NCBI GenBank assembly: GCA_951406725.2
Contig: OX597816.1
Coordinates: 127,162,001 to 127,226,000, forward strand
Reading direction: 5' to 3'
Length of the DNA: 64,000 bases
Source: Octopus vulgaris
Taxonomy: Eukaryota
Shown: piece after piece, positions 1 to 13,126 of the stretch
Layout of the letters: each line of letters starts with the position of its first letter
Position numbering within the stretch: the first letter of the stretch is position 1
Translations under genes and position numbers: made by a program
Notes under the pieces: model-generated
Told to the model about the DNA's origin: nothing
Database searches by the model: none
What the model saw: only the letters and a program-made list of their open reading frames with translations

Positions 1-693
1 ACGATATAAATTAAACAAATCATTTTGTCAGAAGATTGTTCTGGTATGCTATTTCAGTATAACTTTCTTAACATGGCTATCAACAAATGCTTATCTAAGT
101 TAATGGATTTTGAAGAAAAGGTTTATAGATTAAATATGTGTGGCAATAGTTTATAGTTTTTAATGCCCCCCCCTCCTATTAAGTATTCTCGGGTAATCTC
201 CTTCTTTATTACATATAACAACGTAGAGAAAATGCTGGAATTTCTTAATTACTGTCAAACTAGTGATTTTCGTCTGTGAGTTAATTAATCTTTGGTATTT
301 TTTAAATATATTTTTAATGTTCATAAAATAATTTTCATTTTCAGTCCAAGTTACCATTCAGTAAACATAGTTTACATTTATCCATTTGATTTACAATATA
401 GTTTTACAGTGTACGCTTCTTAATATTTGTCACTAAACAAAATAAAAGGGTAATTTCTGTTATAAGGGGAATAGAGAACAAATTCAGTTCCATTTTAAGT
501 TTATAGGGGATAAACATTATGATATAATGTTTATTTCAAAGACATTAAATTTCTTGTAACATTTTAGCATTAGCATGAGTAAGATATCAGCATAACAGCT
601 CTGGTAATACTAGGCACAAAAATATTTTTCCAAATTTTATATGCTACACACAATGCCGCATTTGGAGAATTGCTGAATTTCTGAAACCTCTTA

Positions 694-1095
694 GGTGATG
701 GCACATTCTGAAAACCATAATGAGTAACAGTTTGAGTTTTTCTAAATACAACTATCTAACCTGATAGTTTTCATTCATCATTTATTAGGAACTCCTAATT
801 ATTTTAATAAGCTCAGTTTTCTTAGCATACTTTTCCTACTGCCAAACACAGGACATTCTCTAAAACTTAAGCAGGGGCTGACCTAAGGCAGGGGTGATGG
901 CACATTCTGAAAACCATAATGAGTAACAGTTTGAGTTTTTCTAAATACAACTATCTAACCTGATAGTTTTCATTCATCATTTATTAGGAACTCCTAATTA
1001 TTTTAATAAGCTCAGTTTTCTTAGCATACTTTTCCTACTGCCAAACACAGGACATTCTCTAAAACTTAAGCAGGGGCTGACCTAAGGCAGGGGTG
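694..1095. repeat. Perfect direct tandem duplication, 2 x 199 bp
   Basis: ggtgatggcacattctgaaaacc...cctaaggcagg occurs at 694 and again at 893, apparently identical. GGTG microhomology at the junction. Confidence 0.95.
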
Positions 1096-1929
1096 TGTGT
1101 CACGTGCACCCCTCTAAATAATGTTATTACACCCTTTTCTCCTGGAATTGTATTCCATTCTGACCTTGTGCCCTCCCTTCAAAAATATTTCTGAGACCGT
1201 GCCTGTTAAGAACAGGTGTCTTTGGCAAAAGGAAGATTGTTCTAAAAAAATTTAACCTTACATAACAGCAAATAAGAGTTTCTAAAAAGTTATCTACAAA
1301 ATAACCATCAGGTACAACAATTATATCTGCAAAAGTTTGTATAGTGATAATAAACATGTATAAAAATTTTCAAGGTTAAGAAAGATTTTCAAGGTTAAAT
1401 TCTATATAAGAATAACCCCAAAATATTTACCAATCCTAATATTGCTATGTTTGGAATTGAGTATATTTATATCCTTATAGGTAATATATCAATGTCCTTA
1501 CAAAATGGTCATGAAACACACCATGTGTTCTTCCAGTTATGCTTGTTTCAATTAAAATAATGAACACATTCCTTAATTACCATTATGTTTTTAAGTTATT
1601 AACTTTTCAGCTAATTCCCACACATTGCAATTATCTGGTATCACTACTTAGCATGCTATCATAATTTTTATTATGGGAAAAAACACTAAGCTTATATATC
1701 TGTTGGCTTGTCAGTGTTCTGCAGTATTTCCCATTGCCATTTTCAAGGATAGGTAGTGGCTTGAGTGAATACAGCAGAACTTAAGTCTTGAAACAGTTGA
1801 AATTGTGTGGCTAAGAATATATGCATAGATTATTGTTTCTGTAATTATATTTTGTTAAAGTTAGATTTGGTTTTCCTGATGAAATGTTTTGCTTCAGTAA
1901 ATACATCATACAGGCAACACATTTTCTAG

Positions 1930-2720
1930 AGGATGTGTGAATATTGTTGTTAACAGCGATTTGCATTGGACAATCTACTTGTCTAAGATTGTCATGGCTG
2001 AGGGTGTCTTAGGATCACTCAGTAAAACCTTTGTCAACTACTCTCCAGCTATCTATTTAACCTTTTCGATACCAACCCAACTGAAACTGCCTCTGGCTCT
2101 GTTTTCATAAGTTTTGAAAAACTTCCACGAAACCTTAGTCACAATTTATATTCCTAACACTAACTTAATGATAACTAAGTTATTTTATTAAATTCTTTTC
2201 ATATTTAAAATTAATTGAATGTAACACAGAACATCTCAAAATAAATGCGATAATAAAAGTGTTGAAGCTGTATATGACTATGGTACGTCCACATTTAGAG
2301 TTTGCATCACCAGTCTGGAACCCCTATCTTGCTCAGCATATCAATCTCCTGGAAATTGTTCAGAGATGTGCAACCAGATAAATACCTGCCATCAGGCATC
2401 TACCATATGCTGAACATCTTGCTTCACTGGGCACAGACACATTAAAGCTCTGACGTCTGGCAACTGACTTAGTAAATACCCACAAGATAATACACTATCT
2501 TTCCAACAACAATCATGGGCACCTTTACCTTTTTGAATTCCATATGTCTAACACTCATGGCCATGCTCACAAAACCAAAAACAACACAGCACTCATGACT
2601 TTTGGGAACATCTTTTTTCATGCTCAGAATTGCTGAAGCATGGAATAAATTTCCTCCATCAGTTGTTAGCTGTTGAGACACTACATCCTTCAAAACACCC
2701 ATGCTTCCTGAAATTCGACC
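1930..2720 (+). mobile_element. CR1-type LINE ORF2 C-terminal relic, interrupted by a piggyBac-like MITE
   Basis: Manual translation gives EGVLGSLSKTFVNYSPAIY|LKLYMTMVRPHLEFASPVWNPYLAQHINLLEIVQRCATR*, matching the CR1 VRPHLEY..W.P...LE.VQRRATR motif. In-frame stops present. Confidence 0.8.
2061..2261 (-). mobile_element. piggyBac-like MITE, copy 1
   Basis: TTAA-CCTTTT...AAAAGTG-TTGA ends. Reverse-complement homolog of 5223-5428. Confidence 0.8.
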
Positions 2721-2884
2721 CCTGATGCCCCCCCATCCTCGTTTCTTTTTTTTTCTTTAACTGTTTACTTCCAGTGCACATCCTGTCTACTGTTCATGCA
2801 GTTTGGGTTATTTTTTCTGATTAGTTGTTGTGCATTTGAGCACTGTATATAATAAGTTCACTATATTATATTATTTCTTTCAAT

Positions 2885-3520
2885 ATCTCAATAGGTAATG
2901 GCCTGTTCCTGAACCGGGTATTACCTTTTGTTTCATCTGTTATGCCATCAAGGTCAGATTTGTTTATTCAGGCCAGTAATAATTTAGATTTATATACAAC
3001 ACATTCATTTCATGAAAACACTGTCTTTGTAATATCATACCTTTTTTGGTTGTTCACCATGGTTGACATATGCGCTCTCGGTATTTTATTGTGTCCGCTT
3101 CAGGTTTATTCAAAGTCTAAATCAATGTCTTTCAAGAATGTTGTTGCTGCTAAAATAATTAGTTTGTTTCTTTTTTCCTATAATAATAATCTACAAGAGC
3201 ATGCAGCAAACTTTTTGTGCATTTAAAAGGTAGTAGTCAACATTAATAATTGCTTTCTTATAATGCTCTCCACTGCTCAATAATCCACTACCACTTTCAC
3301 TTCTAGGGATATAAAACTGCAAGTTTTGTGACTTATTGTACAGTATGTAGTGGATCTTTTGAAGATTTTTTGTATTACAGAATATGGAATCTAGGTCTAC
3401 AAAACTTCTGTTCAATACTATAGAACCATATGTTATGGCTGGTAGTGTAAATGTGTTGATGGCACAGATAGTATTCTTGCTACTGAGATGAGTTTTAAAG
3501 TTTTCTTTAAACTTGATAAA
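2885..3520 (-). mobile_element. R4/Dong-like non-LTR retrotransposon relic (post-RT region)
   Basis: ORF 3191-3556 contains LSSKNTICAINTFTLPAITYG...FYIPRSESGSGL, resembling LNxxNKIxAINxxAxPxxxYS...LYLPRxxGGRGL. A downstream VQEQAIT-like motif is also present. Confidence 0.65.
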
Positions 3521-4539
3521 ATATTTTTCATTCACATACATGCATCTTTTACACACATATTGTTGTTGTTCCTGCTGCTGCTGCTGCTGCTGCTTTATGT
3601 GTCAGAAGGACATCAAAGACAATTTTAAAATCATTCAGATAAAGTTAAAAATGTGATATTTATATTTTTTTCTTTTCTTTCTCAGTCATCCAAAAATATT
3701 TTCTCATTGTTTGTTGTCTGATAATGGATATTTCATCTAAATATTCCTCTTGCTAAGATACAGTATTCAATCATTTTGTTAAAATATCTCTCATGTCAAC
3801 ACAAAATTTTCACTGCCTGGCATTTCGAGAAATTACTCCTTCCATTGATAAAGCTCCTATTAATTTAGATTTAGTAAAATGAAAAAGTGTAAATTGTAAA
3901 GATTATCAATACTCTATGAAGCTCCAAGAAAATTTATCCCAGCCGTGCTGATAAAATTCACTTCATTTATTCATTGATTTTTTTTTCTCTCATGTTTTGC
4001 TACACTTTTAGTTCTTCTGAATGGCATTTTAGTTAATGAATTAGTTCTGGTTGATGACCTTTATCTGCTATTTGGGATTTCTATTATCTAATAAATATTT
4101 TGAATGCATGGCTTCTTAAAATTTCAACCTTCAAAATCTGATGCTTTATATTTGTGGTAATACAGACAAAAATATCAATACTATACTACTATTTATATTT
4201 TACTATGAGTATTTAGCAAGGTATGATAAATGCTGACAAAGCTGCTACATAAATTATATATACAGAGCCAGCATACGTCATGATTGTTGACTGACTGCAG
4301 TATACATTGTATACAAATCTTTTCTAATATCTACTTTATGTACTATATCTACTACTTTGACATGCAAGTTTTATACCAACGTGCATGGGTAGGCTCAACA
4401 CTACTAACTTAAACATTCACATAGTATTTGAGTATGTTTTTTTTCCAAACACTACAATCTACATTTTAAGTTTGGTGGTTCAAATTGGATATCTTTATTA
4501 ATCAGACAAACTTCAAAAGATCAGAAAGCTCCACAGAAT

Positions 4540-5160
4540 TAGCTGATAGCTTTTATTACTTAGGTAACCTAAAAAGCAGTGGAGGTGGGGGTTTCTCAAA
4601 GCATAGTTACCAGAAGAAGAAAGTGCTGTAAAAACATTAAAAAAAAAATTCAGGGAGTTATCGCCTCTGTTAGCAATAAACAGTTTTTCTTTCAGAGTGG
4701 AAGATTGTATGATGCATGTGTACAAAGTGTGATGCTGTGAGGTAAAAAGATGTGGGCCCTGAATATGGAAGATATGTGAAAGATGGAAAGAAATGAAGTA
4801 TGCACATTGTGATAGATGTGCATTATTAGTATGCATGAATGATAGAGCCCAAATTAGCTAAGAGAAAAACTGGGTATAAGATGGATCAGATAAAAACATG
4901 CAAGGGTGATGACTGCACTGGTGCAAACATTTGGTGTGTATGAAGATGTCATCCAGATTAGAAGGTGTGAAATAATCCACATGAATGAGAGCCTAAGGCA
5001 GAGAGAGACTAAGGAAGATAAGGAAAGAAGTGGTGAACACTGATACCGAGAGGATGAGCTTCATGAAAAAATGACAAAGGTATGCAACAAATGGCAAAGT
5101 CTTTACTAGAATGAACATGCCAACTATACAAGCATGGTGAAACAGGTGTGAAAATGATGA
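4540..5160 (+). mobile_element. RTE LINE ORF2 3' relic
   Basis: Translates as KFRELSPLL...RLYDACVQSVML...LREKLGIR with stops. Homologous to 23460-23870. Confidence 0.75.
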
Positions 5161-5222
5161 TAGCACAGAAAATTGGGGTATTTAATGTTTACATTTGGTC
5201 TAACATCCTTCTTTATTGTTAA

Positions 5223-5428
5223 CCCTTTTGTTATTGTATTTATTTTGAGATGCTCTGTGTTTCTTTCAATTACTTTAAATATAACAAAGAATTTAGTAAA
5301 ATAACTTAGTTATCAGTCAGCTAGTGTTAAGAACATAAATTGTGACTAAGGTTTGGTTGAAGATTTTAATTCAAAACTTATGAAAACAAGAGCCAGAGCA
5401 GGTTTCAGCCAAGCTGGCAACGAAAGGG
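5223..5428 (+). mobile_element. piggyBac-like MITE, copy 2
   Basis: TTAA target-site duplication (5219-5222, 5429-5432) flanking CCCTTT...AAAGGG terminal inverted repeats. Confidence 0.88.
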
Positions 5429-6204
5429 TTAATCACCATTCTGTCTCTCCCATCACTCCATCTTATATCTGTCTCCCATTACTCCCCTTCTACACACACT
5501 TACTTCCATCACACTCACTTTTTCTATCAATCTCTCTTTTCCCATTACTCACTGCTCCATCACTTAACGATCAGGTAGCTGGATATAACTCCCTCTCGCT
5601 TTAATCACTCACTCACACCAAACACTCATATTCTATTCTATTTCTCTTCTATCATCTTCTCACACTAGTTCTCTACCGTTACTCTCTCTTCTATCACTGT
5701 TTTCATTGTTCCCTCTCCCCATCATTACCCTGTCAAATCAATACACTATAATTTAGACATTAAGTATAAACACTTCCCCCACCTAATCATGCATACAGAC
5801 CCTGTATTCACTACCATGCTGTTTCCATTTTTAGTATTACTCCCTCTAAATCCCCTGCCCTTCTGGCCTTACCACATATTTTCCAGCACATTATGATTCC
5901 TATCCTTTTGTTCTTATATTTTACTTATGTCTGTTTTAATTATTCTCCAATCATGACATATAGTGAAGCTCCACCTACAGATTCACATTCCCCAGCCCTA
6001 CCGAGTTCACTACCAAAATCAAGTACAACTATTTATCTGTTTGTCTTTATGTATATTTCCTTTCATATGCCACTGTTTAATAAGCATTTTGAAAGATATA
6101 TATACTTGACTGTCCATTTATGTATTGAGTGTCCCTTTACGTATCTGTTGTTTGTAATCAACCACAGTAAATATATCAGTTAAAAACAAATGGTTCAAAG
6201 GTCT

Positions 6205-6442
6205 TTCCTGCTCTATAGGCTCATAAGGCTGGTTTCCTGCATTCTGTGGGGTATATATTCCACTCTTGGATGGAACACCAGTCCATCGCATGATTACTCA
6301 TTTTTACCAGGTGAGTGAACTGGAGCATTGTGAGATGAAGTGTTCCTTCCAAGAAAACAGCACATCACTCAGTCCAGGAATCAAAACCACAGTCTTACGG
6401 TCATGACTGAAATACCCTAACCACTAAACCATGCACCTTCAC
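6205..6442 (-). mobile_element. tRNA-derived SINE (family B)
   Basis: Minus strand begins gtgaaggtgcatggtttagtggttagggt...ggttttgattcctgg (A- and B-box like). Second copy at 49530-49980. Confidence 0.75.
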
Positions 6443-6496
6443 ATACATATCTATATATGTGTGTATAAGAATACACACTTTGTATAGACAGATGTA

Positions 6497-7041
6497 TTGG
6501 GTTGTCTGGAAAGTTCGTGCCGGTTTACAGCAGCTTACCTTTTGACTTATTTTAAAACATGGTTGAGTCCATAAAATAGGATTTTACTACACCTCCATTT
6601 AGAGCACAGTTTAAGCTATCTTTACGTGGAAGAAGGTTTATGTTCCTATAACCTGTGTTAATTCTGTAACCCTTTAAAATGGAAGATAAGAAAGTTCATT
6701 TTCGGCACTTGATGCTTTGGGAACCAGATAAAAATTGCTGCAACTTGGCTGGGGTGTGTTACCCCACCCTCCATATTCACCAGATATTGCTCCTTCGGAT
6801 TTTCACTTATTCAGGTCTCTGCAGAATAGTCTTAATGGTAAAAATTTCAATTCCCTTGATGAATTTTTTGCCATGAAACTACCTCAAATCTGGGAAGAGG
6901 GTATTTTCAAGTTAAAGGAAAGATGGAGATGCATTGTGCAACAAAATGGTTCATATTTGGTTGATTAAAAATGTAATGGCACATATTTATTAACCTTTTT
7001 CTTTCCTTTAAAACTCGGCACGAACTTTCCGGACAACCCAA
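6497..7041 (+). mobile_element. Internally deleted mariner transposon
   Basis: TA-flanked TIRs ttgggttgtctggaaagttcgtgcc / ggcacgaactttccggacaacccaa. N-terminal MEDKKVHFRHLML is joined to the C-terminal HPPYSPDIAPSDFHLF motif. Confidence 0.93.
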
Positions 7042-9372
7042 TACATACCTTAGCTTTATAGAAAATGTCTTTGTGAATGGCAAATGAATAATCTACACAA
7101 ACCTCAGCCTTATATTGAAATTTTATCAGCAGTGATACAAACTTTTGTTTACCCTCTTACTTCAGAAATTAAATATATCCATTGAAAATTTCATTATCCC
7201 TAACTACAAAAAGCAGTTTTATATACCAGTCTATCTTTTGTTGAGGGATGTCATACTTGAAACGATTTTGTGTTGAAAGTATCAAGTTTACTGAGACAAC
7301 ATAACTTGCAGAAAATATTAATTCTATTTTTTGGTAGATATTTAATATCATTACTGGAATAACTATGGGATTTAATTTAATTTACTAAATTCTTTCATAA
7401 GGTTCTCTACAATATGCACTATTTCCACTACCTTAATTTGCTATATAATACATGAAATGTGAGTTAGTAAGACATTTTATTTCCAAAGGGTAATAACAGA
7501 TACTTTAACACTTGACAAAAGGAACGTTATCCAAAATCAATGGAGAATGCTCTTTCTTTCATGAAAAATAAAGAAGTACTTTATAATTTCTACCATTCAG
7601 TTTTATGTTCAGTCCTACTGGAAATACTATCTTATAAAAAAAAAGGTTTTGTCAGATGTCCAGTATAATATCAGATAAGTAGAATTCATATTTTCTTTGT
7701 ATTTTTGATGGCTTGAGGCATGAGAAAAACAGTGCAGTCTACAATATATTGGCTTTATGGAGGAGATAATGGTTATCAATTAGGTTTTTTTTTAGGAGAA
7801 AGTTGTATTATTAGAAAAGGTTAGAAATATGTTCATATGTCAAGTTTTTGTAAATGATAAGAACAATGTTATTTAGAAAAGCTGCACTTGTTATCAAATA
7901 GAGGAAACACTTAATACTTGCCTAAGTTACAGTTTACAAATATTTATTTATAGAATACATGCATTGATGTGTTGAGAAAAATTTCAGTTCAAGACTTTGA
8001 AAGAGATATATTAATGCTATGGTAACATTCTGTGACTTGTATCTTTAAGGTATATGTGTATATATTATTATTGTAGCAGTATGAAAGAAACAATGTATAG
8101 AAATATGTTTTAAATATACACACATACTGATATTATTAATTTTTAACCAGACTGTTGTTATTGGGATTATTTATCCAATCTTGTAACAATAGAAACAAAT
8201 TTAATATTTATTTGACTTCTTAAGTCATTATATCAGAAAGATTAAAGGCAATGAAATTATTTGTATTAGACAAAAGCTTTGTTTCATTTAAATGTTCTTT
8301 CAAAAGTAGAATATGAAATTCAGTTTGTCACTGAATTGCATTCTTGAGATCTGAGAAGCTTTCTTCCTCTTTACGAAAATTAATGAGTTAAAATTCTTAA
8401 TAAAGTCAGTTTTCTTTTCTTTTTATTTATATATTTTTTTTTTTGGTTAAAGCTATTATATGTTAAATAACATTGATATCTGTAAACAAATTTTACAGGT
8501 ACATTTCGATTATAATATGAATTTCTAATTTAACTTTTATTTCTTACATTACTTTTGAAAGAAATAGAAATACGTTTCAAACTGATAGTAAATTAAAAGG
8601 AAAGATAAACAATAAAAGAATGTATAAAAATATTTCTGTATAGAATATTACAAAAAAGTTAAACCTGACACATACAGAAGGTCAAAATGGTTTATTTAAA
8701 ATGCTCAGAGACAAAGATAAATAGATTGTCAGAAACAGTAGTTATGCTCTTACAAATGGATACACTACTGAAATAAACTGTAAATAAAAGTACTGTCAGG
8801 ACAACAAATAAGTCAGAAATGTTTAATATGGCAGCCCTTCTATAGACAGACAGCAGATTTTAGTGAAGGGCAGCTTAGATGAAATCAACTGTAAAGAGCT
8901 TCCAGTATGACAGGTTTTCGTTGTAGCCAGCTTTGTATTTGGTCATTTAACTGAAACATACAATATTAGTTTTTATAAAGACACTTTATTCCGGAACATG
9001 AAAATAAACCAGGAAAGTAGGAAGGTATTTTATATGAAAAAATTTTCAAATGAGAAAATGCTTGACATCATATGATGTGATATAGCCTGGTTGAATATTT
9101 TTCTAAGAATTCATATTTTTATGTGTGTGTGTGTGTGTGTGTGTGTTAGTGCATGTGTATATGTGTGTATACATGTTTATGCATGTATGTATGTGGAGGT
9201 TCTGTCTTAATTCTATATGCATACATACACATATATATATATATGTATGTATGTATGTATGTATATATGTATATATATCATTTAAATTCTTCCTCTGAAG
9301 AAGGAGTTGGCTTTTAACAAAGATATAAAAAGTCCATCGTTGGCATTTAGATAATAAAAACAATGTCATATA

Positions 9373-10191
9373 TTGGGTCATCCCATAAATAATGCGGTTT
9401 TTATTTCAACTGCGTGAACTTAAGGTTGGAGGAGGATGGGATAAACTACTTGCATCATCTTGCTATAAAAGCAGGTAGTAATTTTACCTTGTACTTATTC
9501 TTAGTGAAAGTTTTGAAGAGTGCAGTTCGATTGTAACAGTTATTTTTTCAAAGCTAAAATGGAAATATTCAGCAGATTTTGCTTTATGGGTTTAAAAAAG
9601 ACAATAACACTACAGAAAGAGCGAGGAATATTAATGCATTATATGGGGATTAGACAGTAAGCATAAGACCAGTGTCAACAGTGGTTCCAGAAAGTCCGAA
9701 CCGGAAACTACAGCCTAGAAGATGAGCTTTGCCCTGGAAGATCTGTAGAGCTCATTGAGGATGCTCTGCAAACCCTTGTGGAACAAAATCCCATTGTAAA
9801 TGATTAGGAACTAGCATAGAAGCTTGGAGGTTGGTCATTCAACCATTCATCAACACCTGCATGTCATCAGAAAATCACTATCTTTGTTTTCAAGAGGAAA
9901 GGTGTTCTTCCATACAGCGAGGATGACATTCCAAAGGCTGGAGCAGTTTGAACCCACGTGTTCATTTATTCCAGAATTCTGTAGATGAGGTCAGAACAGT
10001 GCTGGAAGAGTAATTTTCATCACAGACAAGTGAAGTTTGGAAGTGGGGCCTTGCAAGTCTGCCAGAGAGATGGAAGAGCATTGTAGAAAATGAAAGAGAG
10101 TATATTTTAGATTAAAAATGAATTTTGTTTATCTTAATTTTGAAAAATAAAAGAAGTATAAAAAACCCACATTATTTATGGGATGACCTAA
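9373..10191 (+). mobile_element. Degenerate mariner transposon
   Basis: TIRs ttgggtcatcccataaataatgcgg / cacattatttatgggatgacctaa. Decayed transposase (LEDELCPGRS..., LPERWKSIVENEREYILD). Confidence 0.85.
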
Positions 10192-10211
10192 GATATATAT
10201 ATATACACACA

Positions 10212-10495
10212 TAGTGGTGGACTGGGTGTAAAATATTGTTTGCTGGAAGACTAAGGGGACCCACCCGCAACTACAATGCTCTCATCTATTTTTTTTTGTT
10301 TTTTGTTAAAAGTATTCTTTTCAACTGTCTACAAACGCAGCCAGGCTGAAATAATTAATGCACTCTTCCAGGAGTGAATAAAAATTCTCAAACTTGAGAA
10401 GATAGGCCCTTAAATACTAACATAGGCTCCAATATATTGGTTCTAATGGTGCAGGAGTTCACTTGCCATTGGGCAAGCTGGCCAGTCCACGACTG
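10212..10495. mobile_element. hAT-type MITE, copy 1
   Basis: TIRs (t/c)agtggtggactgg / ccagtccacgactg. Homologous to 14281-14561. Confidence 0.75.
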
Positions 10496-10572
10496 TATAT
10501 ACATACATACATACATATATATATATATTGTTATATTTCGGAATGGTCATATTGCACAACAAATATTTAAAC

Positions 10573-10604
<32 letters not shown>

Positions 10605-10606
<2 letters not shown>

Positions 10607-11440
10607 TCATCATCGTCGTTTAACGTCCGTTCTCCATGCTAGCATGGGTTGGACGTTCGACCGTGGTTCTGGGAAGCCAGAAGGCTGCACCAGGCTCCAG
10701 TCTAAATTTGGCAATGTTTCTACAGCTGGATGCCCTTCCTAACGCCAACCACTCCGTGAGTGTAGTGGGTGCTTTTTACGTGCCACCTGCACAGGTGCCA
10801 GGCGGGGCTGGCAACGGCCACGGTCAGATTGGTGTATTTTATGTGCCACCGGCACGGAAGCCAGTCGAGGCGGTGCTGGCATCGGCCACGAGTCGGATAG
10901 TGCTTTTTACGTACCACCAGACCAGGGATCCTGGCTGGTTCAATTCGATTTCGATTTCGCTTGCCCCAACATGTCTTCACAAGCAAAGGGGTTGGCAAGG
11001 GTGCCTGTCGTACGGTCGCATTGGAGTATTTTACGTGCCACGGCCACGAGTCGGATAGTGCTTTTTACGTACCACCAGGCCAGGGATCCTGGCTGGTTCA
11101 ATTCGGTTTCGATTTCGATTTCGCTTGCCCCAACATGTCTTCGCAAGCATGGGGGGTTGGCATGGGTGTCTGTCGTACGGTCGCATTGGAGTATTTTACG
11201 TGCCACGGCCACGAGTCGGATAGTGCTTTTTACGTACCACCAGGCCAGGGATCCTGGCTGGTTCAATTCGGTTTCGATTTCGCTTGCCCCAACATGTCTT
11301 CACAAGCAAAGGGGGTTGGCATGGGTGCCTGTCGTACGGTCGCATTGGAGTATTTTACGTGCCACGGCCACGAGTCGGATAGTGCTTTTACGTACCACCA
11401 GGCCAGGGATCCTGGCTGGTTCAATTCGGTTTCGATATCG
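10605..11440 (-). mobile_element. RTE 3'-UTR-derived element carrying an internal tandem array
   Basis: Minus strand ends ...gcatggagaacggacgttaaacgacgatgatgatg, the same tail as the RTE at 59025-59766. CpG-rich, so probably young. Confidence 0.8.
10883..11440. repeat. Tandem array of ~160-bp units (about 3.5 copies)
   Basis: Unit start cggccacgagtcggatagtgc at 10883, 11041, 11206 and 11365. Confidence 0.93.
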
Positions 11441-11484
<44 letters not shown>

Positions 11485-11995
11485 TGGTAGAGACTGCAAA
11501 ATTGAAAAGTTAAATGAATAAAAATGCTTGGTGTTATTTGATTCCATATCAGTTACATCCCCTTAGATCTGGCTTGACTTTGCTGTTCAATCTTACAAAT
11601 TTAGTGAAATGTGTAGCAAATGATGTACATGGATCATTATAATCTATATAACTTTTGAAGGTTTTCACTAAGCATAATCACAGTTCATTGACTTAAAAAA
11701 AAACAATAAAACAATACAGTCAAAACATTTATATTGCTATATTTTGTGTGAAACCTAACCATAGCTGAAGTAGATACTAACGTTTAAAGATATTTCTGTC
11801 AATCAAATAAATATTCCTTTGGCTTCTAATTATATTTAGAATGTAAGTCACATACAGTTTACTCTGCTTTATAATTTTCACAAAATCATCACCAATGGCA
11901 CTAAGTACTAATTGTTTTAGGAAACTGAAAGATGCCTGTCATGTATGAATGTGGACATATATATGTATATATATGTCTGTATGTATATATATATG

Positions 11996-12039
<44 letters not shown>

Positions 12040-12430
12040 GCCGCAGGAGTGGCTGTGTGGTAAGTAGCTTGCTTACAAACGACATGGTTCCGGGTTCAGT
12101 CCCACTTTGTGGCACCTGAGCAAGTGTCTTGTACTATAGCCTCAGGCCAACCAAAGCCTTGTGAGTGGATTTGGTAGACGGAAACTGAAAGATGCCCATC
12201 ATATATATGTATATATGTGTGTATATGCTTATGTGTTTGTCTGCCAACATCACTTGACAACCAATGCTGGTGTGTTTACATCCCTGTGACTTAGCAGTTC
12301 GGAAAAAGAGACCAATAGAATAAGTACTAGGCTTACAAAGAATAAGTCCTGTGGTCAATTTGCTCGACTAAAGGTGGTGCTCCAGCACGACCACAGTCAA
12401 CTGACTGAAACAAGTAAAGAGTAATAGTAA
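12040..12430 (+). mobile_element. Abundant tRNA-derived SINE (family A, internal TA/TG microsatellite)
   Basis: gcaggagtggctgtgtggtaag...ggttcagtccc (A/B boxes) with tail gactgaaacaagtaaagagt. Many copies in the window. Confidence 0.85.
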
Positions 12431-12812
12431 ATACATGAATGCAATTTGGCTAATTTTCATACATACAATGTAATTAAACTTTCTTTTAATAAAATATTAA
12501 TGAAAGTAATGCCATCTTTCAATATATTGCACCCTGTGTTAAATGCAGTAAATATAGGACAAATCTTATCTTCATTACCTTCTTATTTAGATATTTAAGT
12601 TTTGCTCACAGTAAAGCAACATCTGTAGTATTGGTGTCATGAACCATACATCTTGTACAGTCTGCAAAGTAGTTGATGTTTTCACAGGCATCTAGCTATA
12701 GAAACCATGCCAAAAGTAAAATATGGGAGCAACATGTGATCCTTCAATCTGTTGAGTCTTGTCAACAGTGCTTCCCCTGCCAGCATAGAGAAATAGCTGT
12801 AAAAAATGCCGA

Positions 12813-12851
<39 letters not shown>

Positions 12852-12948
12852 TAAAAACAGTAAGATAACAAAAGAAAGAAAGAGGCCTCAATATTATGTA
12901 AATAGAGGAAATTTATCTGTAAAATAATATGTGACAATTATTCAATAG

Positions 12949-13016
12949 CCAAGATAAAACTCTGAGTTTCGGATGCCGAGGTGGAAATCCACAACACCAT
13001 CTCTTCGGTTATCTGG
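12949..13016 (-). ncRNA. Hammerhead-ribozyme-like motif (variant core CCGAAGA) in a Penelope-like repeat
   Basis: Minus strand: gataa-CCGAAGA-gatg(gtgga ttt ccac)catcc-GAA-actcagagt-t-ttatc. Stem I gataa/ttatc. Flanked by an inverted repeat at 12914-12931/13036-13053. Confidence 0.5.
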
Positions 13017-13089
13017 CCATCTGAAAAACGCTAGCACATTATTTTACAGATATATACTTTATTTAAAAGCAGCAGAAATATAAGAAAAG

Positions 13090-13126
13090 CTGTTACTCAG
13101 AGTTTCCCGTTCCCATCCATCAGACA
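13090..13126 (-). ncRNA. Degenerate minimal hammerhead-like motif
   Basis: Minus strand: tgt-CTGATGG-atgggaacgg-GAA-actctgagt-a-acag. Truncated sister copy at ~45000-45028. Confidence 0.4.

Noticed and set aside
10883-11440. Regular repeat array that could be read as CRISPR-like, with overlapping ORFs of 100-186 aa
   Set aside because: The units are fully repeated with no unique spacers, the context is eukaryotic and there are no cas genes. The ORFs are by-products of a GC-rich repeat.
12040-12115. tRNA-like A/B boxes
   Set aside because: These are heads of multi-copy SINEs with no intact cloverleaf, so no tRNA gene was called.
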